DNA from: Candidatus Borrarchaeum weybense
GTDB taxonomy: Archaea; Asgardarchaeota; Sifarchaeia; Borrarchaeales; Borrarchaeaceae
Length of the DNA stretch: 64,000 nt
Direction: 5' to 3'
Assembly: GCA_019057385.1 (NCBI GenBank)
Contig: JAHQJS010000006.1
Location: 805,038 to 869,037, forward strand
Shown: piece by piece, positions 39,508 to 48,753 of the stretch
How positions within the stretch are numbered: the stretch's first letter is position 1
Layout of the letters: each line of letters starts with the position of its first letter
Notes under the pieces: model-generated
What the model was told of the DNA's origin: nothing
The model's database searches: none
The model's input: only the letters and a program-made list of their open reading frames with translations
Translations under genes and position numbers: made by a program

Positions 39508-40084
39508 TTCCTACCTCCATATCTCTTGATTTCTTTGCTTTAAGATTCGAAATCCAGATGTTATTAATATGTGTATACATGGCTTTTACAAGATCTATAA
39601 TGAATTCAGAAAATTGTGGATATATTTGTTCGGTTACAATAACCAGAATGAATATACCGATAACTCCAAGAACTAGACTTAAAGGATAATGTGTAAGCGC
39701 GTAAGAAAGAAGACCGCTTTCGATTAGCCATATTTCAAATGCAATTCTAAAAACATTCGAAGCATAAACAAAACCTATTATAAGCGCCAGGGATAGGTTT
39801 TTTTTCTTCCAAGGTCCTCTAGGAACAAATAAGACAAGGCCCACAAACACAACGATTGCTTGGATACCTGTACACTCTCTAATGATCTCAAAGTCGTTAA
39901 TAAAGACTTTATTCCCGACAACTTGAGAATGATTAGGTATTAAAAACAAATGTTCCAGGAGTAAAGAGGAATGAAATGCGGTTAGAACTTTTAGGTAGAA
40001 ATAATCGGAAATATAATAAAACACAAGAATGAATAAGGATACAAAGACAAGATAAAGGACATATGTCCTGTTTTGTGTGAACAT
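39500..40084 (-). CDS. Archaeosortase/exosortase-family membrane protein
   Basis: IIRECTG (Cys), NVFRI (Arg), THY (His) triad pattern; multi-TM. Confidence 0.75.
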   Translation of the reverse strand: MFTQNRTYVLYLVFVSLFILVFYYISDYFYLKVLTAFHSSLLLEHLFLIPNHSQVVGNKVFINDFEIIRECTGIQAIVVFVGLVLFVPRGPWKKKNLSLALIIGFVYASNVFRIAFEIWLIESGLLSYALTHYPLSLVLGVIGIFILVIVTEQIYPQFSEFIIDLVKAMYTHINNIWISNLKAKKSRDMEVGND

Positions 40085-40111
40085 GCCTGCAAACCTCTAG
40101 GGGTCTCTACT

Positions 40112-40288
40112 GTGAGATTTATTTTAGTGGTTTTAGCTATATTTGTACTTTTTCTTGGAATGCTAACATATTATTTTGGAATCCGATTGATAGGCGAAAT
40201 CATTGTACTTATTGGAACATCTCTTTTCATTATTGGGATTATTGTTGCAAAAAATTTTCAGTTACCTTTAGAGGATAATAACCAATGA
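40112..40288 (+). CDS. Small two-TM membrane protein
   Basis: GTG at 40112 after AGGGGT; two hydrophobic helices. Confidence 0.45.
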   Translation: MRFILVVLAIFVLFLGMLTYYFGIRLIGEIIVLIGTSLFIIGIIVAKNFQLPLEDNNQ

Positions 40289-40356
40289 TATTATATCAAA
40301 GGTAGAAGTTTAAATTAAAGAGGTAGTCGCATATATTTCTTGTAGGGGGATTATGA

Positions 40357-40920
40357 TTGGGCAAACTTATTGAGATTCGCTGGCATGGACGTGGAGGACA
40401 AGGTGCAGTCACAGCAGCACAAATTTTGGCTGAAGCTGCTTATTTAGAGGGGTATAAAGGAGTTCAGGCATTTCCTTATTTCGGTGCAGAAAGAAGAGGG
40501 GCTCCAATCATGGCATTCACAAGAATGTCTGATGAAGAAATTCGTATTAGGTCACAAATCTATAATCCAGACTTCGTTGTGGTCTTAGATTCTACATTAC
40601 TTGGTTTGATAAGACCTGATGAAGGGCTTAAGGATGGAGGAACTATAATTATCAATTCCTCTAAAGAACCTTATGAACTAAACCTTAAAGGAAATTTTCA
40701 AATATGTACAACTGATGTAACAACTGTAGCACAAGACTTAGGTTTGATAGTAGCTGGAATTCCTGTTCTTAACACACCTATACTTGGGGCATTTTCTAAA
40801 ATTACTGCTTTAGTCTCCCTCGACACTCTTACGAAAGTAATTGGGAAAAAGTGGCATGGAGAGATAGGTAAAAGAAATGCAGAAGCAGCAAGACTTACAT
40901 TCCAACAAACTACCTGCTGA
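40357..40920 (+). CDS. porC: 2-oxoacid:ferredoxin oxidoreductase gamma subunit
   Basis: EIRWHGRGGQGAVTA, FGAERRGAP. Confidence 0.92.
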   Translation: MGKLIEIRWHGRGGQGAVTAAQILAEAAYLEGYKGVQAFPYFGAERRGAPIMAFTRMSDEEIRIRSQIYNPDFVVVLDSTLLGLIRPDEGLKDGGTIIINSSKEPYELNLKGNFQICTTDVTTVAQDLGLIVAGIPVLNTPILGAFSKITALVSLDTLTKVIGKKWHGEIGKRNAEAARLTFQQTTC

Positions 40921-40935
40921 GTCGCTTATTATACT

Positions 40936-41490
40936 TTAAGGTTTTGTGAGTGACAATCTAAGTTTAGCAAAATCTTCCTTAATCTCGATTTTATAACCCA
41001 AACCTTCTAAAACCTCTTCCAATAGTATTTTTAAAAACTTTTGAGGGATTTCAGAACCTAGCAATAGGGTAAATCTGTTAATAGAGTCTTTTTTTACTTT
41101 GAAAAAATTGCAGGCTGCAAACCGTTCTAGAACTTCTTCCACTGTATTCATTTTTTGTGAAAGTTGTTCTGAATGTGCTCTAGCGATTTTCCGGTGTGTA
41201 TCCCAGAACATGTCTTGATCTGAGGATTTTTCAATAAACTTCAAGCATGAAAGCCAATGATCTACATCAAGAATGACGTGTTCGCCTGTTGGCAACATAT
41301 CAAGGTAAATGTCAGTTTTTGTATTCGAAACAGACTCAAGGATATTCTTATAATCGAAATAGAATCGTATTGCTTTTCGTATTAATTCTGATTGTGATAT
41401 TTTCAATTCTATTTTCATCTTGTCAAATAAAGACGCCATATCTTTATCTAGTGCGATAGTTATTCTTACAGGATCTTTCATTGCTTTCAC
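40936..41490 (-). CDS. CopG/ribbon-helix-helix regulator with C-terminal sensor-like domain
   Basis: RITIALD....SQSELIRKAIRFY RHH pattern; GEHVILDVDHW. Confidence 0.75.
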   Translation of the reverse strand: MKAMKDPVRITIALDKDMASLFDKMKIELKISQSELIRKAIRFYFDYKNILESVSNTKTDIYLDMLPTGEHVILDVDHWLSCLKFIEKSSDQDMFWDTHRKIARAHSEQLSQKMNTVEEVLERFAACNFFKVKKDSINRFTLLLGSEIPQKFLKILLEEVLEGLGYKIEIKEDFAKLRLSLTKP

Positions 41491-41884
41491 ATTTTTAGCT
41501 GAATTGTCTTTTTAAACTGTTCAGTATATTTTGATTAAATTCGTCAAATTAACAAATTTTTATGTTTCTAGTAATATAAACATCACTTTTTTTGATTTTA
41601 ATAATTAATCTGTTCACCAACAAATGCATTGCTTATAAAGTTTTTGACAAGCAAATAAAAGAGCATTAACTACGATTCTATGTTCTGTTAAAATGAGAGG
41701 CTATGTTTCAGCACATTCTAATTTGTTTAATGCGAATTGGTAATTCCTAAATTTTCTTAAAATTTCTTAAGTTTTCATAATAATTGATATTTTATACTGA
41801 AATATGCAGAAACATTCTCAAATATATTTTTAATATACAATCTACTCGTGCATCAAAAATCAGAAAGCAAAATGAGGTGAAACT

Positions 41885-43090
41885 ATGTCAAGCGCAGATC
41901 TAGCGTTCATATTTGTCTGTACGGGTCTAGTATTTATAATGACTCCTGGCTTAGCGTTGTTCTATGGAGGTCTATTACGTAAGAAAAATATGCTTTCAAT
42001 GATGGGAATGTGCTGGATTTCTATTGTAGTTGTGAGTATATTATGGTTTATAGCAGCATACAGTTTAGCATTTGCACCAGATGCAGGCGCAGGCTTTGTT
42101 GGTGGCTTAGATTTCATTGGTTTAAATAAAGTTAGCATTGAACCCTATGATGTATACACTTCAGGCATACCGCACTTATTGTTTATGGCATTTCAACTAA
42201 TGTTTGCTATTATAACAGTGGCAATTGTTGCAAGTCCTTTTGCTGATAGAGTTAAATTCCGTTCTTTCGTAATTTTTATAGCTATTTGGCTATTTGCCGT
42301 TTATGCCCCCATATCTCATTGGGTATGGGGCGATGGTGGTTTCTTAGGTGCAATTGGAGCTTTAGATTTTGCAGGTGGTACTGTTGTTCACATTAATGCT
42401 GGATTCACAGCATTAGCAGTAGCATTAGTAATTGGACCTAGAAAAGGTTACCAGGATGAAGCATTTGAACCTTCTAACATCCCATTCGTACTACTCGGGA
42501 CAGGTCTACTCTGGTTAGGATGGTTTGGCTTCAATGGTGGTAGTGCGTTAGCAGCAAATGGGATAGCAGTCTTAGCAATGTTCAATACACACCTTGCAGC
42601 AAGTGCAGCAGCATTAGTTTGGTTAACTATTGACTGGTTCCGAACTGGTAAAGCGGGTACTCTCGGTATAGTAACTGGTGGATTAGCTGGTTTAGTGGCC
42701 GTAACTCCGGCTGCAGGCTTTATCACTCCTTCAGCAGCTCTAGTGATAGGTATAGTCGTAGCAATTGTTTGTTACATTGCATTTGACTTACGTAATAAAT
42801 CAAGTATAGATGAATCCTTAGACGCTTGGGCTGTTCACGGAATTGGTGGAATCTGGGGTGCCTTAGCAACTGGGATCTTTGCTTCAGTTGGAGCTACAGG
42901 GTTAATTCTAGGCAATGCTGGGCAACTTTGGATACAATTAATTGGAGTTGTTGTGACAATTGTCTACGCTTTTGGAGTCAGTTTAGCAATTGCATTGGCA
43001 ATTAAGTACACCATTGGACTGAAAGTCAGTGAAGAAGAAGAATATGTAGGCTTGGATATTTCCCAGCACGGTGAAAAGGCATTTACTTAA
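41885..43090 (+). CDS. amtB: Ammonium transporter
   Basis: MTPGLALFYGG, FQLMFA, HWVWG, DFAGGTVVH, WFGFNGGS, VHGIGG. Confidence 0.96.
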   Translation: MSSADLAFIFVCTGLVFIMTPGLALFYGGLLRKKNMLSMMGMCWISIVVVSILWFIAAYSLAFAPDAGAGFVGGLDFIGLNKVSIEPYDVYTSGIPHLLFMAFQLMFAIITVAIVASPFADRVKFRSFVIFIAIWLFAVYAPISHWVWGDGGFLGAIGALDFAGGTVVHINAGFTALAVALVIGPRKGYQDEAFEPSNIPFVLLGTGLLWLGWFGFNGGSALAANGIAVLAMFNTHLAASAAALVWLTIDWFRTGKAGTLGIVTGGLAGLVAVTPAAGFITPSAALVIGIVVAIVCYIAFDLRNKSSIDESLDAWAVHGIGGIWGALATGIFASVGATGLILGNAGQLWIQLIGVVVTIVYAFGVSLAIALAIKYTIGLKVSEEEEYVGLDISQHGEKAFT

Positions 43091-43105
43091 GATATATGCA
43101 TAGAG

Positions 43106-43456
43106 GTGAGTAATTTGAAAAAAATCGAATGTTATATTAGACCAGAAAGACTCGAAAAAGTGAAAAAAGCACTTTTTGCTTTAGGAGTTAAAGGCATGAG
43201 TATTACTGACGCAAAAGGCCACGGACATCAGGGCGGAATAAAGCTAACGGGAAGAGCTGGAGATTATGTTGTTGAATGGATCGATAAACTTAAACTAGAG
43301 CTTGTTGTGAGCGAAACAATGCCACTTGAAAAAATAATGGATATCATTGTAGAAAATGCGGCAACAGGAAAACCAGGCGATGGTAAAATCTTCGTTCTTC
43401 CTGTTGAAGAAGCGATCAGGATACGGACACGTGAGACAGGAGAAGGAATCTTATAA
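43106..43456 (+). CDS. glnK: PII nitrogen regulatory protein
   Basis: IRPERL, T-loop with Tyr, TGKPGDGKIFV, RIRT.E; follows amtB. Confidence 0.93.
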   Translation: MSNLKKIECYIRPERLEKVKKALFALGVKGMSITDAKGHGHQGGIKLTGRAGDYVVEWIDKLKLELVVSETMPLEKIMDIIVENAATGKPGDGKIFVLPVEEAIRIRTRETGEGIL

Positions 43457-43495
43457 GCATTATCACTTTTTTAAGTGAAATCAGAAAGGGTTGTG

Positions 43496-43570
43496 ATGAT
43501 AGGAAAACGTAGGGATCCAACAGCTCCTTTTTTCCTTATCTTCTCCACCTATTTTTTTAATTTTTTTTCT
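43496..43570 (+). terminator. Stem-loop plus T-tract after glnK
   Basis: GATAGGAAAA...TTTTCCTTATC pairing followed by T runs. Confidence 0.4.
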
Positions 43571-43772
43571 ATTGTTTTGAGTCATCTTGAGTTTTTAGAA
43601 ACGAAATGAGAATTCATTCCAATATTCTCATCTGTTAATAACAGAATCCAATAATAACGATTCTTTTTTTAATAGGTTAGCACTAAGCCTAATTGATGTG
43701 TCAAAATCGAAAGGGGATTAAGTCTATAATCCTATATTATATGACGAGTTTTGTGATTTCTTTCAACGAGGG

Positions 43773-44078
43773 GTGAAAAGCCTTATGGCAACATCAAATG
43801 TTTCTTCAAAAAAGAAGAAAAGTGCTAAGTTCATAATACCAATAAATGTGCCTGAAGAAGGTGAAGCAGGCGAAACTGGGACTTGGAGGTCACAAAGACC
43901 AGTTCTTATTCCTGAAAAATGTATAGGCTGTTTTAGTTGTTGGTTATTCTGTCCTGAGGTAGCAATTAAGAAGACTAACCCCATTGAAATCGACTTGCGA
44001 TTTTGCAAGGGATGCGGCATCTGCGCACAGGAATGTCCCGTTAAAGCCATTATAATGGTGAAAGAGGAGGAGGAGTGA
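43773..44078 (+). CDS. porD: 2-oxoacid:ferredoxin oxidoreductase delta subunit
   Basis: TGTWR..RP, two 4Fe-4S motifs CIGC..C...CP and CKGCGICAQECP. Confidence 0.92.
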   Translation: MKSLMATSNVSSKKKKSAKFIIPINVPEEGEAGETGTWRSQRPVLIPEKCIGCFSCWLFCPEVAIKKTNPIEIDLRFCKGCGICAQECPVKAIIMVKEEEE

Positions 44079-44081
44079 GCA

Positions 44082-45281
44082 ATGAGTCAGGAGATAATTG
44101 CTACTGGAAATTCTGCAGCAGCCTTAGCAGCTAAAATGGCTAAAGTTCAAGTAATTTCTGCCTATCCAATTACACCTCAAACCTCGATCGTTGAAACTCT
44201 CTCAGAGTGGATTGAACGCGATGCATATCCCATAAAAGCCAAATATGTGCGAGTCGAATCTGAACACAGTGCACTAGCAGTAGTTACAGCAGCGAGTGCT
44301 ACAGGTGCAAGGACATTTACTGCGACAAGTAGTCATGGCTTAGCTCTCATGCATGAAGTCCTACACTGGGTAGGAGGCGGAAGACTTCCTATTGTGATGG
44401 CAGTTGTCAATCGGGCCCTTGGACCTCCTTGGAGTGTCTGGGCTGATCATACTGATTCACTATCTCAAAGGAACACCGGTTGGATTCAATTTTATGCAGA
44501 CAATAATCAAGAAGTTTTTGACACAATCATTCAATCTTATCGCATTTGTGAGGATTCAGATGTTCTCTTACCAGCTATGGTTTGCCTAGACGCGTTTATT
44601 TTATCCCATACAGTAATGCCCTTTAGTATCCCCAGTCAAGAAGCTATAGATTCGTTTTTACCTTCATATAATCCCGAACACGTCTACTTAGATCCTAATC
44701 GACCTGCTGTGCTATACCCGATGGTTTTTCCAGAGAGTGATCCAGGATACCCTGGATTTATGGACTTCCAATACTTGAGGCATAGAGCAATGGAGAATGC
44801 AAGAATAAAGATTAATGAGGTGGACAAAGAATTCGAAAAACTCTTTGGAAGATCGCATGGAGGCATGATAGAGCGCTATAGATGTGATGATGCAAAGTTC
44901 CTGATTTTAAGTATGGGAACATTGTCTTCAGAATCTAAAATGGCAGTAGATAGACTGAGAGAGCAGGGCTACAAAGTCGGAAGTGTTAAAATTCGTGTAT
45001 TTCGACCATTTCCAAACGAAGAATTACGAGATGTTGCAAATGGCAAAACACTTGTAGTCATAGATAGGAACATTTCATTTGGAAATGAAGGCTGCCTGTT
45101 CACGGAGGTAAAAGGAGCATTATACAACCTTAAACAAAGACCAAATCTATTCGGCTTTGTAGCAGGACTGGGTGGAAGAGACGTAACACAAATGCACATA
45201 GAAAAATTTGTGAAAAGATCCATAACTGCAGCGGAAAAAGGCGAAGCTCAAGAAAAATTTGAGTTTATAGGATTGAGGTGA
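44082..45281 (+). CDS. porA: 2-oxoacid:ferredoxin oxidoreductase alpha subunit
   Basis: AYPITPQT, VESEHSA, TATSSHGL, GLGGRD. Confidence 0.93.
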   Translation: MSQEIIATGNSAAALAAKMAKVQVISAYPITPQTSIVETLSEWIERDAYPIKAKYVRVESEHSALAVVTAASATGARTFTATSSHGLALMHEVLHWVGGGRLPIVMAVVNRALGPPWSVWADHTDSLSQRNTGWIQFYADNNQEVFDTIIQSYRICEDSDVLLPAMVCLDAFILSHTVMPFSIPSQEAIDSFLPSYNPEHVYLDPNRPAVLYPMVFPESDPGYPGFMDFQYLRHRAMENARIKINEVDKEFEKLFGRSHGGMIERYRCDDAKFLILSMGTLSSESKMAVDRLREQGYKVGSVKIRVFRPFPNEELRDVANGKTLVVIDRNISFGNEGCLFTEVKGALYNLKQRPNLFGFVAGLGGRDVTQMHIEKFVKRSITAAEKGEAQEKFEFIGLR

Positions 45282-45285
45282 GAAG

Positions 45286-46176
45286 ATGGGTGTCAAGACA
45301 ATTATTCCAGAAGAAGAATTCATTTTAGGAGGGAATAGAGCGTGTCCTGGCTGTGGAGCTGTAGTTGCGCTTCGTACAGTAGCTAAAGCATTAGGTAAAG
45401 ATGTGATTCTAGTTATTCCAGCTTCATGTGCTACAATAATCTCTGGTAAATTTCCGGCTACCCCGTTCAAGTTCCCTGTTTTGAATATGCCATTTGAAAC
45501 TGCGGGAGCTGCAGCCTCAGGAGTTGTTGCAGCATTGGAAGTTATGGGAAAAGATGATATTACAGTAGTAAGTTGGGCAGGTGATGGCGGAACCGCTGAT
45601 ATAGGTCTGCAGGCTTTGTCAGGAGCTGCTGAAAGAGGTACAAATTTTATCTATATTTGCTACGACAATGAAGCATATATGAATACAGGAAATCAGAGAA
45701 GCGGTGCAACACCCTTCGGTGCATTAACTACAACAACTCCCACAGGTAAATTTGAATTAAAAAAGGATATGCCGAGGATTATGGCAGCACATGATATTCC
45801 CTATATAGCTACAGCTTGTAGTGCATTTCCTGAAGACTTATTTCAAAAGGTAAAGAAAGCTAAAACTTTTAAAGGACCACGGTACATCCATATCTTGTCG
45901 ATGTGCCCGACTGGTTGGAGAGTTGACTCAAGTCTTTCGATTGCTGTTGGAAGAAAAGCAGTTTCTACAGGTATGTGGATTCTTTACGAAATTGAAAACG
46001 GGCAACTTACACTAACTGGTAAGAGCAAGTATCTTGTTAACCCAGCAAAAAGAGAACCAATCGAGGAATATCTGAAGTTACAGGGCAGATTTGCACATAT
46101 TACTGATGAAGAAATTGAACAACTCAAGAAGATCAGAGAAGAAAAATGGTCTAAACTATTATCGTGTACAGAATAA
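45286..46176 (+). CDS. porB: 2-oxoacid:ferredoxin oxidoreductase beta subunit
   Basis: ACPGCG, GDGGTADIG, DNEAYMNTG.QRS, CPTGW. Confidence 0.93.
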   Translation: MGVKTIIPEEEFILGGNRACPGCGAVVALRTVAKALGKDVILVIPASCATIISGKFPATPFKFPVLNMPFETAGAAASGVVAALEVMGKDDITVVSWAGDGGTADIGLQALSGAAERGTNFIYICYDNEAYMNTGNQRSGATPFGALTTTTPTGKFELKKDMPRIMAAHDIPYIATACSAFPEDLFQKVKKAKTFKGPRYIHILSMCPTGWRVDSSLSIAVGRKAVSTGMWILYEIENGQLTLTGKSKYLVNPAKREPIEEYLKLQGRFAHITDEEIEQLKKIREEKWSKLLSCTE

Positions 46177-46267
46177 GTCGGTTAATGCAAATAGTTCGAC
46201 CATAGGTCTTAATAACTATTTACAACTCTTTTATACTCTTAGATCTTTTCTTATTTGTGATAATAGC

Positions 46268-46518
46268 GTGAACTACCACCCTACAAGTAGGCTGGCTTCC
46301 TGAATCATCCATTCCCCAACGGGACATGTCAAACAGGCTCGACGGGCAGTTCCTGCCCTGAACTTGATGGTAATTTGAGAACTGGCGAGTGTGACCTCAA
46401 CTCAATTCTACCTACTATTAAGGTGCAAAGACCTATTTAAAGATTGGAGACCGTTGTGAAAGTGAAAACAAGCAATTCATCCCCCAAACTAGTTGGGTGG
46501 TCTTCTTGCGAAACATCT
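46268..46518 (-). mobile_element. TnpB-derived miniature IS200/IS605 element (MITE 2)
   Basis: Minus strand: TTTAT|AGATGTTTCGCAAGAAGACCACCCAAC..GGGGGATGAATTGC left end; GGGCAGGAACTGCCC hairpin; right end CAGGAAGCC..GGTAGTTCAC. Confidence 0.75.
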
Positions 46519-46545
46519 ATAAAATTAAGATAGCCGTTAATTCTA

Positions 46546-47127
46546 TCAGATCAGCGATTCCATGATTAGCGAAGATATACTTGAAAATACAGTTGCAATA
46601 TTTTCCCCTGTTTTTGAACTCGTTTTGAAAAAAAATGACTGATCAAGACCTATAGACAATAAAAACTGATTAATTAGATCATCTGGTATAATATTATCTC
46701 CATTCTCTTTTGCAAGATCACTTTTAGTTCCAATGAGCAAAATAACGGGGTTTTTAGTATGATCTTTAATCAATTTTATCCACTCATGTAAATTGAGTAG
46801 ACTTGAAATGCTTGTTAAATCGAAAGCTAGGATGACTCCATGAGCGCCATTGCAATAAGTGGGGAGGAGAAAGCGAAACCTTTTTTCCCCGCCGAAATCC
46901 CAGACCTGAAGCTTAATCGTTTCATCAAACGTGTGGTTTGCTTCACATATAAGAAAACCTACACCGATGGTCATCTTTGTGTCGACATTGAACTTTCCAG
47001 TGGCATGCCTGTTTATTAAAGTAGTCTTTCCTACACCGCCTTCGCCAGCTACAATTACCTTAAAAATATAAGTACGTTTCTTGTTAACTTTCACATTTGT
47101 TTGGTGGATTTCTTTTGCGCGCGCCAA
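46546..47127 (-). CDS. Rab-like small GTPase (eukaryotic signature protein)
   Basis: G1 GEGGVGKT, G2 TIGV, G3 WDFGG, G4 TKSD, G5 TSSK. Confidence 0.9.
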   Translation of the reverse strand: MARAKEIHQTNVKVNKKRTYIFKVIVAGEGGVGKTTLINRHATGKFNVDTKMTIGVGFLICEANHTFDETIKLQVWDFGGEKRFRFLLPTYCNGAHGVILAFDLTSISSLLNLHEWIKLIKDHTKNPVILLIGTKSDLAKENGDNIIPDDLINQFLLSIGLDQSFFFKTSSKTGENIATVFSSISSLIMESLI

Positions 47128-47167
47128 TCTGAATACCCTTTAAAAATTTATTCCTAATTCTTATTTG

Positions 47168-47248
47168 AATTAAGAATAGATAAAAAGAATCTGGTAAAAC
47201 TCTCCGTTTAATTAAGAATAGATAAAAAGATTATAGTAAAACTCTCCG
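47168..47248 (+). repeat. 42-bp imperfect tandem duplication upstream of the GTPase
   Basis: AATTAAGAATAGATAAAAAGA-N5-GTAAAACTCTCCG at 47168 and 47210. Confidence 0.85.
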
Positions 47249-47447
47249 CAACACAATCAGTTATTATGTCTCAATAGATTACTTTAAAAGCCTATTTTAA
47301 AAGCAAAGAATTGTCGGGCGCTCCATTAGGGATTATTATATACAAATGCAAGTGGCAGATCATGGGCAAAATAACTTAAGCATAACATTTATCATAGAAT
47401 TCGAAGATGTACAATAAAATTCTCTTTAGTAGCTAAGAGTGATTCCA

Positions 47448-47576
47448 ATGACAAAACGTGAAAAGCCACTTATAACAACAAATCAATTTGGAACTAGTTC
47501 TTTAATTTCTTATTTGTTTGATCAAGAAATGCTTAAAGAATCTGTTAATCTGCGGTATGTGAAAAATGAAGAATAA
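47448..47576 (+). CDS. Possible 42-aa small protein (MTKREKPL...KNEE)
   Basis: ATG after GAGTGA, open frame in AT-rich DNA. Confidence 0.3.
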   Translation: MTKREKPLITTNQFGTSSLISYLFDQEMLKESVNLRYVKNEE

Positions 47577-47751
47577 ATCGTTACTCACTATTTCTCACAT
47601 TTACAGTTCATCTATTTTCATCAAATATCGTTTTATTTTATATTAACAATTTTTTACGATATTTTGGGTTTGAAATTTGAAGTATTAATACAATATCTTT
47701 TTGTTTTCCCCTAAGAAAAAATTAAAATCTCCAAAGATTCTTTCGTAGACT

Positions 47752-48699
47752 ATGAGTTATCTAGTTATTGATTTTCATGTACATCCAAAAAGAAGTTCAA
47801 AATTAATCATAAATGAGATTCTCGAAGAAATGGATATTTCAGGCGTCTCCCATAGCGTTTTATTAGGGAAAGATTTTGGAGGATCTATAAAGAGGCCGGA
47901 GATTAAGAACTGGATAAAAGACGCCTTTTTAAAGAGTGATGTGGCCTCCCATTACTGGCCAAATGGTGTATCAAGTCGGTCGTTTTCACAACTTGAGGAA
48001 GCATGGCGTGAATTGGAATATTATCTTAAGGAAAGAGCCTCTAGTTCCCCTACCTCTCTTAAAGAATTGGCAGAAATAGTTAATACCCATCCTGATAAAT
48101 TTACTGGCTTTGGATCAATTAATGTGCTGCAAGATGAAGAATATGTTACAGAAAAGTTAAGAGAATTGAATACACTTCAATTAAAGGGATTAAAAATTTG
48201 GCCTTTTCTTTTCAATCCTTCTGAAAATGAGAATCTTAGAATGGTCTGTGAAGATTTTGAAAAACGTAGAAAGATTCTATTAGTGCACACAGGTTGTGGT
48301 CCTGGTCCATGGGAAATCCCTGAATTAGCAAAATATTGTAATCCGAAATATTTGGAACCTCTTGCTAAGGATTTTAATGATCTTCCTATTGTTTTAGCAC
48401 ATTCTGGATATTACAGTCGCGATAACCCTGGAATTTTCTTTAAAGATGCCCTTGAACTCTCCAGAAAACATGAAAATGTTTGGCTTGAGGTATCCGCGGT
48501 ACCAGATGTTGTTACAGATCCTATCTTAGCAGATAAAGTAAAAGATGCTATTGGTGGATTCGATCGAGTTCTGTTTGGAAGCGATTATCTCGAATATATG
48601 CAGATAACTGTCCATGTAATTAAAAAAGCACGTCATTTAAAAGATGAGGACAAGGCAAAGATACTCGGGCTAAATGCGAAACAACTTCTTGGGCTATAA
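47752..48699 (+). CDS. Amidohydrolase_2 family metal hydrolase
   Basis: DFHVH, GLKI, VHTG, LAHSG, LFGSDY, NAKQLL. Confidence 0.88.
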   Translation: MSYLVIDFHVHPKRSSKLIINEILEEMDISGVSHSVLLGKDFGGSIKRPEIKNWIKDAFLKSDVASHYWPNGVSSRSFSQLEEAWRELEYYLKERASSSPTSLKELAEIVNTHPDKFTGFGSINVLQDEEYVTEKLRELNTLQLKGLKIWPFLFNPSENENLRMVCEDFEKRRKILLVHTGCGPGPWEIPELAKYCNPKYLEPLAKDFNDLPIVLAHSGYYSRDNPGIFFKDALELSRKHENVWLEVSAVPDVVTDPILADKVKDAIGGFDRVLFGSDYLEYMQITVHVIKKARHLKDEDKAKILGLNAKQLLGL

Positions 48700-48753
48700 G
48701 CATAGTGATTAGAATGTGAGAACTCTTTTAATGTCCTAAAAAAGAAAAAAAGA

